From NCBI GenBank assembly GCA_905178155.1, contig CAJINV010000004.1, forward strand, positions 11,556,307-11,620,306: a DNA stretch of 64,000 nt. The letters are read 5' to 3'. Source of the stretch: Amoebophrya sp. A120 (lineage: Eukaryota; Protista; Dinoflagellata). The position numbers and the translations under genes are program-made. Shown in pieces: positions 10,641 through 22,100 of this stretch (its first letter is position 1; every line of letters starts with the position of its first letter). Below the pieces are notes generated by a model. It was not told where the DNA came from and did no database searches. It saw only the letters and a program-made list of their open reading frames with translations.

Positions 10641-13535
10641 ATGCCCGAGCTCCTTAAACGCGTTGTGGGCGACGGGCCGCTCGCTCCCCCGGTACCGAGC
10701 AGTTTTTCCGCGAATGTTACCACGGTCCAGCTGGAATTTGCCGACGAGGGGAAGACGATCTCCCTGCCACTCGAGACTTTACCAGAACTTTTCAAAAACT
10801 TCTACGCGTCTCCCTGGTACGCGCTCCGCAATACCGGCGAGGTTGGAATAAGCAACAAACACGATGATCCAACACCGACCGTTCCCGGTCGCGTTCGCAT
10901 GCAGGAGTTTGGCGTTTCCTTTGACGAATTTGTTCTGGCCCTGCACCGATTGAGTTCCGGCGAAAAACCGATTCTCACCGTCGAAGAAGAACGGGAACTC
11001 CGGAATAAGTTGCGGATTGTCGCGCTCGATGAGGTTCTCGTTTCGGCACCACCAACCTTGGGGGGAGTCCTTGGAGGCACAGGCAGTTCGACAGCAGAAG
11101 GGCGGCACGAAAAATTTACGCCCATCTACGAGTTCCTTTCCTTCTTCGACGGCCAGGACTATTCCAATTTTGTCGACCTGTACTTCAAGGGCCGAGTCGC
11201 GGGCATCGCTCTCAAAGGGGAGGCGCCTGGTCGTTTATCCGAGCTGAAAAATACGTACCAGGGCCTGTACGACTTGCACGACGAATCCGGCAACTCGCGG
11301 ATTAAGGGAGAGCTGATCAAAACCCTCAGCTTTCCCGAGGACGTCGTCGTCCTTCGGCCCCAGTATAGTAGCTCTGAAGTCGCAGCTGATGACTTCGGTA
11401 GAAACGGCTACTGCACATTTCAAGTCGCAAAGGACAAGGTTTGCAAGGAGGTGTTGAATCATTTTCCAGATAGTTGGCAAGAAGAATTTCTCACGCCTTT
11501 CGACCTGAACCCATGGGACGCTTTCGGTTTGTTTGTGCAGGACATCCTCTCACAAAGGCTGGATTTCGGAAACGGCAAGACGGGGCGTTTCGCGCTCTGT
11601 GGCGGGTCGGTTTTCACGGCGCTCGCATCGAAGGAGATGCAGCACCGCGTCCCGTGTGAGAGACCGGCACCGGACTACGACTTTTTTCTGATTCTGGATG
11701 GCGTCCACGATGATCCACCGCTTTCCTTCGTGCAAACGGCTGCGAATACTCTGCATAAGGTTCTCTTGAAATACTGTGTGAAGGGCGACAAGGAACAGGA
11801 CGAAGCGGCCGATCGAATGTTCATGAACAATCTTTTGGGTCTGGGAGCCATTCAGCGGTCGCAGTGTGCGATTTCAATTTACGTGTCGAACCCTGGCGTG
11901 TACGGAAATCCGGTTATTCCGATCCAGCTCGTGGGGTGGTATTCGAGTCTCGATTATGGAAGGGTTTGTGGGGGTTTGCGCTTTTGTCAATCTGGAGACC
12001 AGTTGTAAGTACATGAAAGACAAGTGCAGTGTTGCGAAGTAAAAATGATGAATTTTTCGCCTTGCGGCAGGTGCAACTTTTCAAGTAAAAATTATTTCGC
12101 GGATCATTTTCGTGGCTGCAAAGTGCTAGTTATGCCATGATCTTGGTAAAACACCAGATCCAGATCGGTTGTAGTTGTGGTTTCCTCCTTCTTTCCAACC
12201 TCCATGAACCGTCCTGCCTCTCGTCCTTTGACTTGGGCTGTTGTCAGGTGGGCTACGACGGTAACCGCTTTTACGGTACGGCGAAAGCTGTTGCAGCGCT
12301 CGCAACGCGGGTCAATGTGCTGAACGTGAACGACATTTCCCCGACGTATGTTTCGCGACTGGGAAAATATTTCGAGCGTGGCATCGGCGTGGCGGTTCCT
12401 TGCGATCGACGTATCGAGGGCGGCCAGGTGCCGCTGGACGCGAAAGTCGACGACCAGCTGTCCGGCCAGCGGCTCATGGCGCGGAGGTTGCTGCAGGTGT
12501 TCGAAAGTTACGTGCAAAAAAAACTGACAAGTGCTTCGGAGATTGTGGAAGAGTATAAATCGCCAAGTAAGCGGAAAACCGCGGAATGCCGCTTGCGGGA
12601 AGCCCGGAAGGCAGCCTATTCCACCTATATGTCGCAAACCAGTATCCCCGAGCGGGTAATCGTCATGTGCCTGCAAATGCGGCAACGAGGCTTCTTGTGT
12701 TTCGATTACGAACCTGGCAGCCGGTCGCTGCGGGCCGTTGACGGCATGCAAACGCGGGAGAGATATCCGCTACACCAGCTAGAAACGAGCGACACCGTTG
12801 AGGCAACTTCCGCGCACCAGTCTAGAACTTCTGCGTACGACTATCCGCTGGATATTGACGTCGACAACATTACGGTCCCGGACCACTTCGTACTTCCTGG
12901 GCGCCACCGAGGGTCTACTAGAAGAGAAGTCGAGCGGTTGCAGCGCACGGAGCTACGGCTTGCGAATCAATCCGTTGATGCGCCGACCTCGTGTGGGGCG
13001 CGCTTGCTGGGACCGGACATAGACGGCTCATTGTATCAGTATCTGTCATTCAATCTTATGCTGAGAAAAATGTTTGAACATAGCTGAGTGCAGTTGCTGT
13101 GGTTTCATCGCGAATGGTCCGTGCGCTTTGCAAGAAACTGAAAACTGCGAATCGAAGAACACGCAATAAGCAGCTATTTTCATCTCTTCCATATTGGGCA
13201 GACTAGGAAAAGAGCCGACTACTTTCGTGACTACAGACTTGCAGACGGCCCTCTGCCCCGTGAACGCGCACCCGGATAGCCTCATGCCCGGCGTTTTTAT
13301 TCAGGTCAGCGAAGATGTTTTTCCCGAAACTGCGTCCCTGTTCGAAGATGGTCTCATGCCCGTTCCGTCGAGCTTGCAAGGGCCGTTCGTCATGAAGCGG
13401 CGCGATGGTGGGGGATCTTTCGACAAGCGACATCCGAAAGAAATCTTTGAGGCGGGGCAGTGGGGAGCGAAAAGCTTGCACGGTGGCGTGGATCACTTGA
13501 CGCGAATGGTGTTGTTTGGTTCCAATAATTTTTAA
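10641..13535 (+). CDS. Pol-beta-superfamily nucleotidyltransferase-like protein, possible N-terminal BTB-like region; exons 10641-11954, 12212-~13040/13087, probable last exon ~13202-13535
   Basis: ALCGGSV..PDYDFFL (GS, DxD) and FDLGCCQVGYDG..SPTYVSRLGKYFERG, a signature I recognise from uncharacterised NTases of fungi, protists and giant viruses; 3' exon structure uncertain. Confidence 0.65.
11955..12206. mobile_element. Degenerate introner (family E)
   Basis: tatggaagggtttg...ttccaacctccatg; removing element+5 nt gives YSSLDSCLSSFD in frame; DR decayed. Confidence 0.6.
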
Positions 13536-13984
13536 CACGAATACAAATCGAAATTATGTCGCGATAATACTAAATCCCATTTTTGTTTTGGTCTAGTCTT
13601 CCGAAAACCTAACGCAGAAAGGCTCTCGATTAGACACGGGAACCTGTTGACGCAAAAAAGCGATGCTTACAACGTACGTCGGCTGTGTTTTGCTACCGGG
13701 TGCGGAGGGGAGTTTTGAGAAGTAAGCCAGGTGTTGCAGTTGTTCTTTCATCCGCGGTGGAGAGGTTTTTACGTGGTGAGTGACTAGCAGGCGGATGTAT
13801 GTGTTCAATATGTGAGAGGTCTCTTCTTCTTGGAAAAAATGAGAGATCTTCATGCGGGTCAGAGTGTCGTGAAAATTGCAAGTCACAGCATGTACAAAGA
13901 AAAAAATATTTTTGCTTTTCCGAAACCAGAACAAGTACACGACGATCTGTCGAGGGTTTATTCCGTTTTCGGCTTAGAAGGAAG

Positions 13985-14485
13985 ATGTCTCCCGTACCGA
14001 TGAAAAAGACGAGCGAGGGTTGGTGTACTCTCTACCACGCAACCACCACCGCGAACGCGAATTCCATCGTCCAAGAGCAGCGGTTCCGGCCCGGTCAGTC
14101 GGGCCTGCTCGGCGGCAACATCTACTTTTCGAAGGAACGGAGCCAAGCAATCAAGCGGCGGCGGAAACGCGGTGGCGACTGCAGCACCGTCGTTCTGTCC
14201 GCTTTCGTCAAACTCGGCAGGTGCGGGCACTGGCGCGCAAACGCCATCGACGTCTCGGGGCAGACACTGAACGCGCACGGGCTGCATTCGGCGAAAGTTT
14301 ACGGGCAGGATGCCTACTGCGTTTGCTCCACGAATAGTTACCGCGAGGACCCGGCGAGCAAGATCAAGTGGATTAGGATCGACGAACCGTCTGACACGGA
14401 GAACGACTCGGATGAGGATGATGAGGACTACGAGCCGGACGCCCAGCGACGCCGGACGGGATACAGCTCGGACTCGGACGAGTAG
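13985..14485 (+). CDS. Gig2-like / PARP-fold ADP-ribosyltransferase domain protein with acidic tail
   Basis: TSEGWCTLYHAT..FRPGQSGLLGGNIYFSK..VVLSAFVKLGRCGH; clearly paralogous to 6252-7022. Confidence 0.75.
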   Translation: MSPVPMKKTSEGWCTLYHATTTANANSIVQEQRFRPGQSGLLGGNIYFSKERSQAIKRRRKRGGDCSTVVLSAFVKLGRCGHWRANAIDVSGQTLNAHGLHSAKVYGQDAYCVCSTNSYREDPASKIKWIRIDEPSDTENDSDEDDEDYEPDAQRRRTGYSSDSDE

Positions 14486-15205
14486 CGGGGTTTTGCCGGG
14501 CATCTGCGGTGAAGGTGTAGTTTGTGAACCGCAACTCAGGTATTGGCGCTGCGACCCCGCTGAACCCAAATGCAAGGACGGAATATCCTCATGAATCTGT
14601 GAATGTATTGAGATTTTTTTGTTCCGGATCTGGTGGAACCAAAACATATATTAATTTTCGGAAAACGATAGACACGATCTTCCCATGATTCCATTCCGAC
14701 ACGACGTCTTTTCCATTTTTTTGCATTCCACAATAACATGATGTGGCGCTGCTCTCCGGTTGATTTTGATGTACTAGTATGTCAGCACGGTCTTGAAGCA
14801 GGAAATTTCTGATGGTCATTTCTTTGTCATCGAGCTAGTTGTTCGTGTTTGTAATTCTGAATTGCGATTGATGTGAGTGCAGAGACGGTTGTTTGTTGCG
14901 TTGACGTTGAGAGACAGAAGTAGAAAGGGGATACGCAAGAAGCGATGCACCTATGATGGTTTGAAGCCCGCTCTCGAATGTTGACTTGGAATATAGGATC
15001 TTCGACGTTTTTGAATTGGGTCGTTTGATTGCGTTTTAGTAGGCTCGCAGCTGATGTTTGAATTTGGTATTGACGCATGAAAGCCTAGAAAGAAGAAAGG
15101 GAAGCGAAGCAGAAGCTGCACTGATCGTTTTTTTCCGTTCAGTATTAGGGCCCGTGATGTAGCACTAGACAATTTAGATTTCATTGGTCTCTGGATTGCA
15201 AAAAA

Positions 15206-16039
15206 ATGGCGCTTACTTCATCGCGACGACATCGCTTCCTACAGTCGTCAAGGACCTCCAGAACAGCTGTAGCTTTCCTCCTTTCCTCCACCTTTCCGCC
15301 GTCAAATTTGATCCTACAAGCCACCGGCTTTGCCATATACGCTCCAGCTGCAGATGCTGATTGTGACTACGAGGAGGAGCAAGCAGATGAGCCAATGGCT
15401 TCGGAGCGTAGCTTCCCAGCCGAAACAAGCAAATCCCCGTCGACAACTGTTGACATATGGCAGAGGACGACGAGCTTGACGGCAGCGCACGCAGCGAGAA
15501 GTGGCGCAGTGGACCACACGTCGACCACGGGCAGTGAAACTGACGGTAGTAGTACAGCAAGAACTTCCTCGAAGAATAAACACAGGAGAAGCAAACGGAG
15601 AAACAATCCCGCCACCGATCCCGACTACGGTCCACTCGGGAACGTGATTGGAAGCGCGATGACCAGCCTGCTCGGGAAAAAGGAACCACGGCCGGACAGG
15701 CCGGACTGCAGCCGCAGGAAACGGCTGATGAACATGAAGTTCGGAGACAAAGCGGACGATGCGCTCGTGCAAGGAGCGAAGCGGAACGTGGACGCGGTGA
15801 AGAATCTGGTCGGCTCTCTGTTTTCGCCCAACACGTTGGAGGGGAGAAAACGACTGCTTTACTACGAGCAGCTCGCGGGGGACGGTGAGGGCGGCGAAGC
15901 AGTGGCGGGAAATGCGGCCAAACACCGTAGGAAGGGGAGGCCTGGAGGAGATGCTGGCGGCATATTACCGGGTACTTGTGATTGCGTTTTCGGTTTTTGC
16001 ATGCACACCGCATTTCAAAATTGCTACCATGCGTCGTAG
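15206..16039 (+). CDS. Hypothetical protein
   Basis: 277-aa ORF, Ser/Thr-rich N-half, GC3-rich C-half; no domain recognised. Confidence 0.45.
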   Translation: MALTSSRRHRFLQSSRTSRTAVAFLLSSTFPPSNLILQATGFAIYAPAADADCDYEEEQADEPMASERSFPAETSKSPSTTVDIWQRTTSLTAAHAARSGAVDHTSTTGSETDGSSTARTSSKNKHRRSKRRNNPATDPDYGPLGNVIGSAMTSLLGKKEPRPDRPDCSRRKRLMNMKFGDKADDALVQGAKRNVDAVKNLVGSLFSPNTLEGRKRLLYYEQLAGDGEGGEAVAGNAAKHRRKGRPGGDAGGILPGTCDCVFGFCMHTAFQNCYHAS

Positions 16040-17195
16040 TTTCCATATTGAGTAACTCTAACTTTTTTGCTATGCATGGTTGAGACTTGTGCAGATAGCA
16101 TCGCTGATTCTCTGCAGGTGTGGCGAATCTCGACGAGAATTACGGATTGTAGGGCCCGTCTCTGATTCCACGCTGCGCTTCGGCCATCCCTCCGCGTCCG
16201 CTTATCATGAAGCCGTGACGTCAAAATTAATTACTTTTTCTTGAGCATACAGAGATGTGGTCCTGTCAACTGAAATTCTTGTAGATCATTTGTTATTGTT
16301 ACGCTACAACTGTAGAAGTAGATCGGCGTCTTCGCTTTCGCTGTGTTGCAAACGAGCTGCTTCACGGCTGCGGGTCCTCTCCTGAAGGGGACGCTCACAA
16401 GCGTCGGAATTTCACCAGAATAAAATTAAAGTTACACATTTGTTGGACGGAAAGTCTTACCTTTGTACCCTCTTATTTTTTGTACAGCTGTAGCTACTAG
16501 AAATTGATTCACTCGTTTTAACTGTAAATTGATGGCTCTCGCCGCGTTGTGCGAACAGAATCCTTTTCGTGCTTTTTTAGCTTGTAAAAGTATACTTTTT
16601 CCTGGTCTTGCACTTTCTTGTATGCTACGCTTAGAATCACTTGTACCTTTCTTGTGACCGGTACAAGTAAGAGGCATCGCGCTGTGTTGTACCTTTGTTG
16701 CCTCGAACCCTGGCGTTGGCCCAAAACAAACTCAAAACTTTTAAGTAGCCGCATGAGAAGTGTACTGCACTTCGCCTAAAAATCGCAGCATGACATCGAC
16801 GCGCCTCAAGTAGAGCGGGCTTTTTTGCAAACACGAAATTTCCGTGTTTCAACTTGGGTTTCTTTTTCTATCTTCGCCAACTATGTGAACCAGAGCGATT
16901 ACAAGTCCGTCGTCGAGGATCTAAATGTAGTTCTGAGGGAGGCAGGATGAGTGGGGGTGATGAAAAGTCCAAGATGAGAGACGATGGCTCTGGATGATTA
17001 CCAGTTCAGTATCGTGTTGACAAGAACAGTTCACTTGTAAAATCCCATGGTCTACTAGCCGCGGCGCAAGAAACGACAGCAACGTAAAAAAGCACCTGCA
17101 GCCGACGAAGGAACTGCCAATTGGTTCTGCGTCACTTCGCAGCTACACCGACTTGAAAACCGCGTCAAAATCAGCACACCCACACAGCCGACAGG

Positions 17196-18385
17196 ATGGC
17201 GGACTCCGACATTCAAATTACGTTCGATGCGGACAACTATCCAGTGCAAAAGTATCGTACTCGTATTGCAAGCATGCATTACAAATCTTTGGTTAAAGGT
17301 AAATCCGCATTTCTCATGCTGAGGAAATTTGCTTCTCATGCTGAGGAAATTTGTCATGCATTTATACGAGTACGATACTTTTGCAGTTCATAACAACCAC
17401 ATCCGGGTCCTGGACCCGGAGAAGTTCAAACAGATGGAGAACCTATGAGAGTGCACAACTCCCCCTCCCCCTCATTTGTATAGCATGAACGGCAATACAA
17501 GCACCAGCAAGAGTGCCGGTTTTGCATGACAAATTTGCACTGGGGTGTAGTGCTGTTTGGGCTGCCAGAACTTGTCATGCAGACAGTGCCATGAGGCAAA
17601 GGGTGGATCTGGATTGGGTATTTTGCATGACAAATGAGGGTTGGTGGAAAGGTTCTTGATGAGGTGCAGTCGGGTATGCATGACAAATGAGGGGGAGGGG
17701 GAGTTGTGCACTGTCATAGAACCTGTCCCAGGAGTGTCAAAATTTCACGGAGAAGATTCACCAGTTTGGGACCACGGTCCAAACTTTGGTGGATGTGCTC
17801 GACGGGCAGGCGAAGAGGATCGAGTTTGAGAAGCTGAGGTACTACTTTAGATTTGGTGGAAGTCGTCCTTTGTGAAGCAGAAAAATTTTTGAATCGGAGT
17901 TTTTCTGTCCTCTACAAGGTCAACATCTTCAAGGCTAGTTTTTGCAATTTCCGGTCATATTCACAGGGCAATCGGACAGAAGAACTTAGCCGAAATGGAG
18001 TCGGAGAACCGGCGCAGGAAACAACAGCAAATGCGAGCACTGATTGCCAGTAAGGAGGCGGAGTTGTCGAGGCTAACAACGTATCAAATGCAAAAATGTC
18101 TGGGTCTGGAAGATTACGGGATTTGTCATGCTAGTCCGGCATGACTCTGAGCTCTGCCTGTCATGCAAAAACGCAGTTTCTCATGCGGAGTACGCAACTC
18201 TGAACCACGGAAAAACGTGTCATGCTTGGCAGTGCATTACAGTGTGCGCATTTTTTCCTGACTTGCGTCACAAGTTTCCAGACCCAGACATTTTTGCAGT
18301 TGATACAAAGTATTACGACAGTTTGGAGAAAGTAGAGCGGGAGCAGAAAGCCATGATCGAAAGGCTAAGCAACAACGACGTGTGA
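17196..18385 (+). CDS. IFT20: Intraflagellar transport protein 20; exons 17196-17237, 17398-17443, 17724-17838, 17967-18081, 18311-18385 (130 aa)
   Basis: Spliced product MADSDIQITFDADNHIRVLDPEKFKQMENLSQECQNFTEKIHQFGTTVQTLVDVLDGQAKRIEFEKLRAIGQKNLAEMESENRRRKQQQMRALIASKEAELSRLTTYYDSLEKVEREQKAMIERLSNNDV aligns along its length with the IFT20 pattern (FD..N..RVLDPE, EK..AIG..N, Y..L.KVE.EQ). Confidence 0.93.
17238..17392. mobile_element. Introner family B (TIR tatcc.gtgcaaaagtatcgtactcgta)
   Basis: TIRs; DR acaac. Confidence 0.95.
17444..17718. mobile_element. Introner family C (TIR tatgagagtgcacaactccccctccccctcatt)
   Basis: TIRs; DR gaacc. Confidence 0.95.
17839..17966 (+). other. Canonical GT-AG intron in IFT20
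   Basis: gtacta...tcacag; joins EKL-R-AIG. Confidence 0.9.
18082..18305. mobile_element. Introner family A
   Basis: TIRs; DR caacg/caaag. Confidence 0.93.
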
Positions 18386-19135
18386 TTTATTTCAGCGACA
18401 TCAATAATATAGCGCCGAAAGGCAGTAGAGATGAAACGGAAAAGAGCTCTGTCTAGAATTTGTGTAGCCACTGAGCAGGTACATGTACAAAGTTGTAAGC
18501 GAGGTTTTCTTTGAATTTTTTCGTCCCGTCTCTTCCAAGAGCTTTTGATATGCTGGTTGTAGTGTTCACTCTTCATGCGTCTACTCTGGTGTTGAAGAGA
18601 CGACGCTATAAACATGTGAGCGATTGAGCTGACGTCTTCAACTTTTCCTGACATCATTGAGAGTGGTGCAATGAGTGCTGTGGTCAGTGACTGATGAAAA
18701 ACCTGAGAATCAAAAAAAGCGAGCGAGAAGAGCGAGAGAGACGGTACGGAGCAAGCGGACTGATCTTCTTCTAGTGTCATCTTCATGAAGTTTTGCTTGA
18801 AATGCTAATAAAATTCACTACATCTGTTCCATGTTAGTTGCGTCTCCTGACCTGTACTCTTGCGCATCGTGGGCATCTACTTCTAGAACCCTTCGTATTG
18901 TAACGTAATACTGCGTAAGGACCCAAGAGCATTTGCTTGCCACGATTCAAAAGGAAAACTCAACAAAATTCACAGCACAGGTTTTTTTGTATACTAGTGT
19001 TGAATTCATATCTCTACCCCATCCTTAACTGTACACCCATTTTGTTTTCTGCTGTATACAACACCCCACTATCACTAATTTGTAAAATGAACCCCCGTCG
19101 GATATTCTTCACACGAACTAAAATGAACCACAAAA

Positions 19136-22100
19136 ATGGGATCTTTGCGCGACGAAATCCCGGGCAAAATTGTTGATTTTGCCATCACTGCTTCGGCATG
19201 TTTCACCCCTTGCTTCTATACCCGAGGTGACACCATGCAGTCGCGGTGGCGCGGCCCGCCGCCACGAAGAAAGAGCAGGCGTTTTTGCTGGCTCGAGGAG
19301 AAGGAATCCTTTGCACCCTATGTGTTGCCCTGGAAGAGACGGAGCAAAAGCGGGAATTCGTCCAGTTTTCGGAATGATGGAAGAAGGAAGACCGCAAAGA
19401 GCACCCGTCCTGCTTCAAGAAAAACCTCTTCTTTCTCAGCGACAGAGACAGTCCGAGCCTTGTGCTTCCATGTTGGGGTGTTTCTGCATTTCGTCTTCTT
19501 CGTTTTCAATTTTTTCGTCGGCTATGACAAGAGCTCGGCGTTCGCGAATCTCCAATCGCTGGAGAACACACCGCTTGGCTCGGAGCCAACGGGGACTATT
19601 TTCCAGGAAGACCAAGTGGTTTCTCGACGGGCGGAGAATCTCGACGGGGACATCGTCAAGAATGCAGCGCCAAATCTGGAACAAGAAACTGCCCCGAAAA
19701 GAAGTCCAATTTCTTCAACACTTGATGGAAGCAGTAGACCAGATCCAGACGGGCGGGCGCAGCTACAAAATGCAGACGCTGATTCACGGGCTAGAACATC
19801 TTCCCGGAGTTCTTTTGATGCAATATCAACCGCGACAAGTAGAACCGACCACGATACAGAAAACGATCAGAAGCTGCGGAACCTCCAGGCCGCGGTCACG
19901 GTCCGTTCGGACGGCCGCTGGAAGTTCCCGGCCGGGACGAAGATCAGCTTCGAATCCTACAGCAATATGAACCAAAACGCCTTCGGTGCCGGCGCGCCGG
20001 CCTCGACAGATTTCACCTCCAGGATCAACCTGCTTGCGGGCTACCCGTACGGAAAAGTCACGGTGAACGCGGTCACCTTCGATTTTCCGATCGCGCAGCA
20101 CCCCGACCCGCAGATAAAACTCGTGGATTTTACGCTGGAAGACACATCCAAGTGCTACGAATCGTCAGCCGTCCCCATGGGCTTGTACGATATCCAACCG
20201 CCGTATGGAAGTGTCAGAATCGAAATTGACAAAATCGAAATTGTTTGCCATGCATAAAATGGATTCCAGTTCGAACCCAGTTTCTAAGTGGCGCATGACA
20301 CATTCTGGCGGTGCCTGAATCCAGTTTGTAATGCTGTTTAGGCAAACGCAAAGAAGACTGATTCTCTCATGCTGCTCTAGGAGCTCGAGCTATAACCCCA
20401 AACAGGTTTACAATCGGCCTCCCTTGCCTGCTCTGCAACACACGTACTTCGCGTCATGCATTTTATGCATCACAAATTTTTCGATTTTGTCAATTTCGAT
20501 CCTGACACTCCCATACCCCGTTAGGCTCCACCTCCCCGCCCCAATTTTTCATTCCGGACATTACCCGGGACACGGGGCTGCAGATGGGGCACGGCTTCAA
20601 CCAGATTTTCGGTTCAAACACAAACGGGGGGACCAACCGGTTTCAGTTTGAGGTGGGCGGGCAATACCAAATCTGCTACGCGCCGACCGGGAATTTCAAC
20701 GACACAACAACGATCACCTCCGCCAGTTCGCTGCCGCAAATTTACGTGGCCGGCGTGTGGCGGCAGGAGTGCGTGACAAACACCAACGATTTCAATAATG
20801 GGATTTTCAGGGACGGCTGTTTCGAGTTCGGCAGTGTTTGGAACTGCTACTTCCCCTGGCACCAACAAACCATCTCTCCAGCTTTACTCGACATTGCGCC
20901 CGACCGGACTTGCTACTTCGATTTCCGGAACGACGTCACCACCGGGGAGAAGAAGGACCCGTTAGCGCAGAAGGGGTTCCGGATCTACCAAGGGACCGTT
21001 TCCGAACTTTCCTTTACGCAAATCTGGAACCCAGACTCCATCACGGAGGGGGTGCTGTTCGGTTCCGAGCCGAAGCTTTGCGCCCTACCAGCGCAGAATA
21101 GCTACACGTTGTGGGAGCAGACGGTCTGGGACCAAACTTCGTTGGAACAGTCCTTCACCGAGCAGGCCAGGGAAAAAACTTTCGCGGAAGTGAAGGATGT
21201 GACAAACATCTGGACCTACCACAAAAATTTCGACGACAGCTCGCCCTATCGCGTGCCAAGGGTCCGGGAGGACCAGGAGCTCGGGTTCACTCTGACCCTT
21301 TGCTACTGTCCCAACTACGATTCCCCGCTGGACAACGACGCGACCGCGTGCAATTCCGGCTACGAATTCATCCAGAACTTGGGTCACCTCCGCTACTGGA
21401 CGTTTTTGATTTGTGACAAAACCAATTACGTCAATTGCGAGTACCAAAACCAGCTCCACGCCAGCTTCAATCCGCGGTACCAGCCGTACTCGCGTGTCAC
21501 CCCCCAGCAGCCCTTTGTCTTGAAGGTGCTCTGCCCCCCGGGCGGCTGCGACAACACGGTGACGCAGCGGATGCGCATCCTCGACTACAGTGCCACAACC
21601 TCCGACCGCATGGCGTGGGAGGAACTGCAGCAGTGCCGGGAGTGGAATGTGCCGGTGATCTACACGCAGACCAGCACGACGCAATTAGTCGATTTCATGG
21701 ATCACCTGGGGTTTGACACGAGCGTGATCGGGCCTGATTTGATCTCCTACACACAGAGATTCTCCTGCGCCTACAATGCGACCGAAGTCATCGCGAATTT
21801 GACGAGCGAAAAAGCCCAAACCGCGCTCTACAAGCTATTCGGCGGGGCGCCGATCTACGAGGAGAACGAGGTCGATCTGACGCCGAACGTGAGTAACGAC
21901 AGCAACAACACGGAATTGAACCGAACGCTAGTCGGCTTCACGGACCGAACGCCGGAGGGTACGAGTCTGTTCGCGAATGACACGGTGATCAGTGACTACA
22001 TCGCCGAAACGATCCACAACACTTCGGTCCTCGTCAACGACCCCGTCGCCCGGGAGGTCATCAAGTGTCTCTACGGCCCCGACACGTACATTACCCGACT

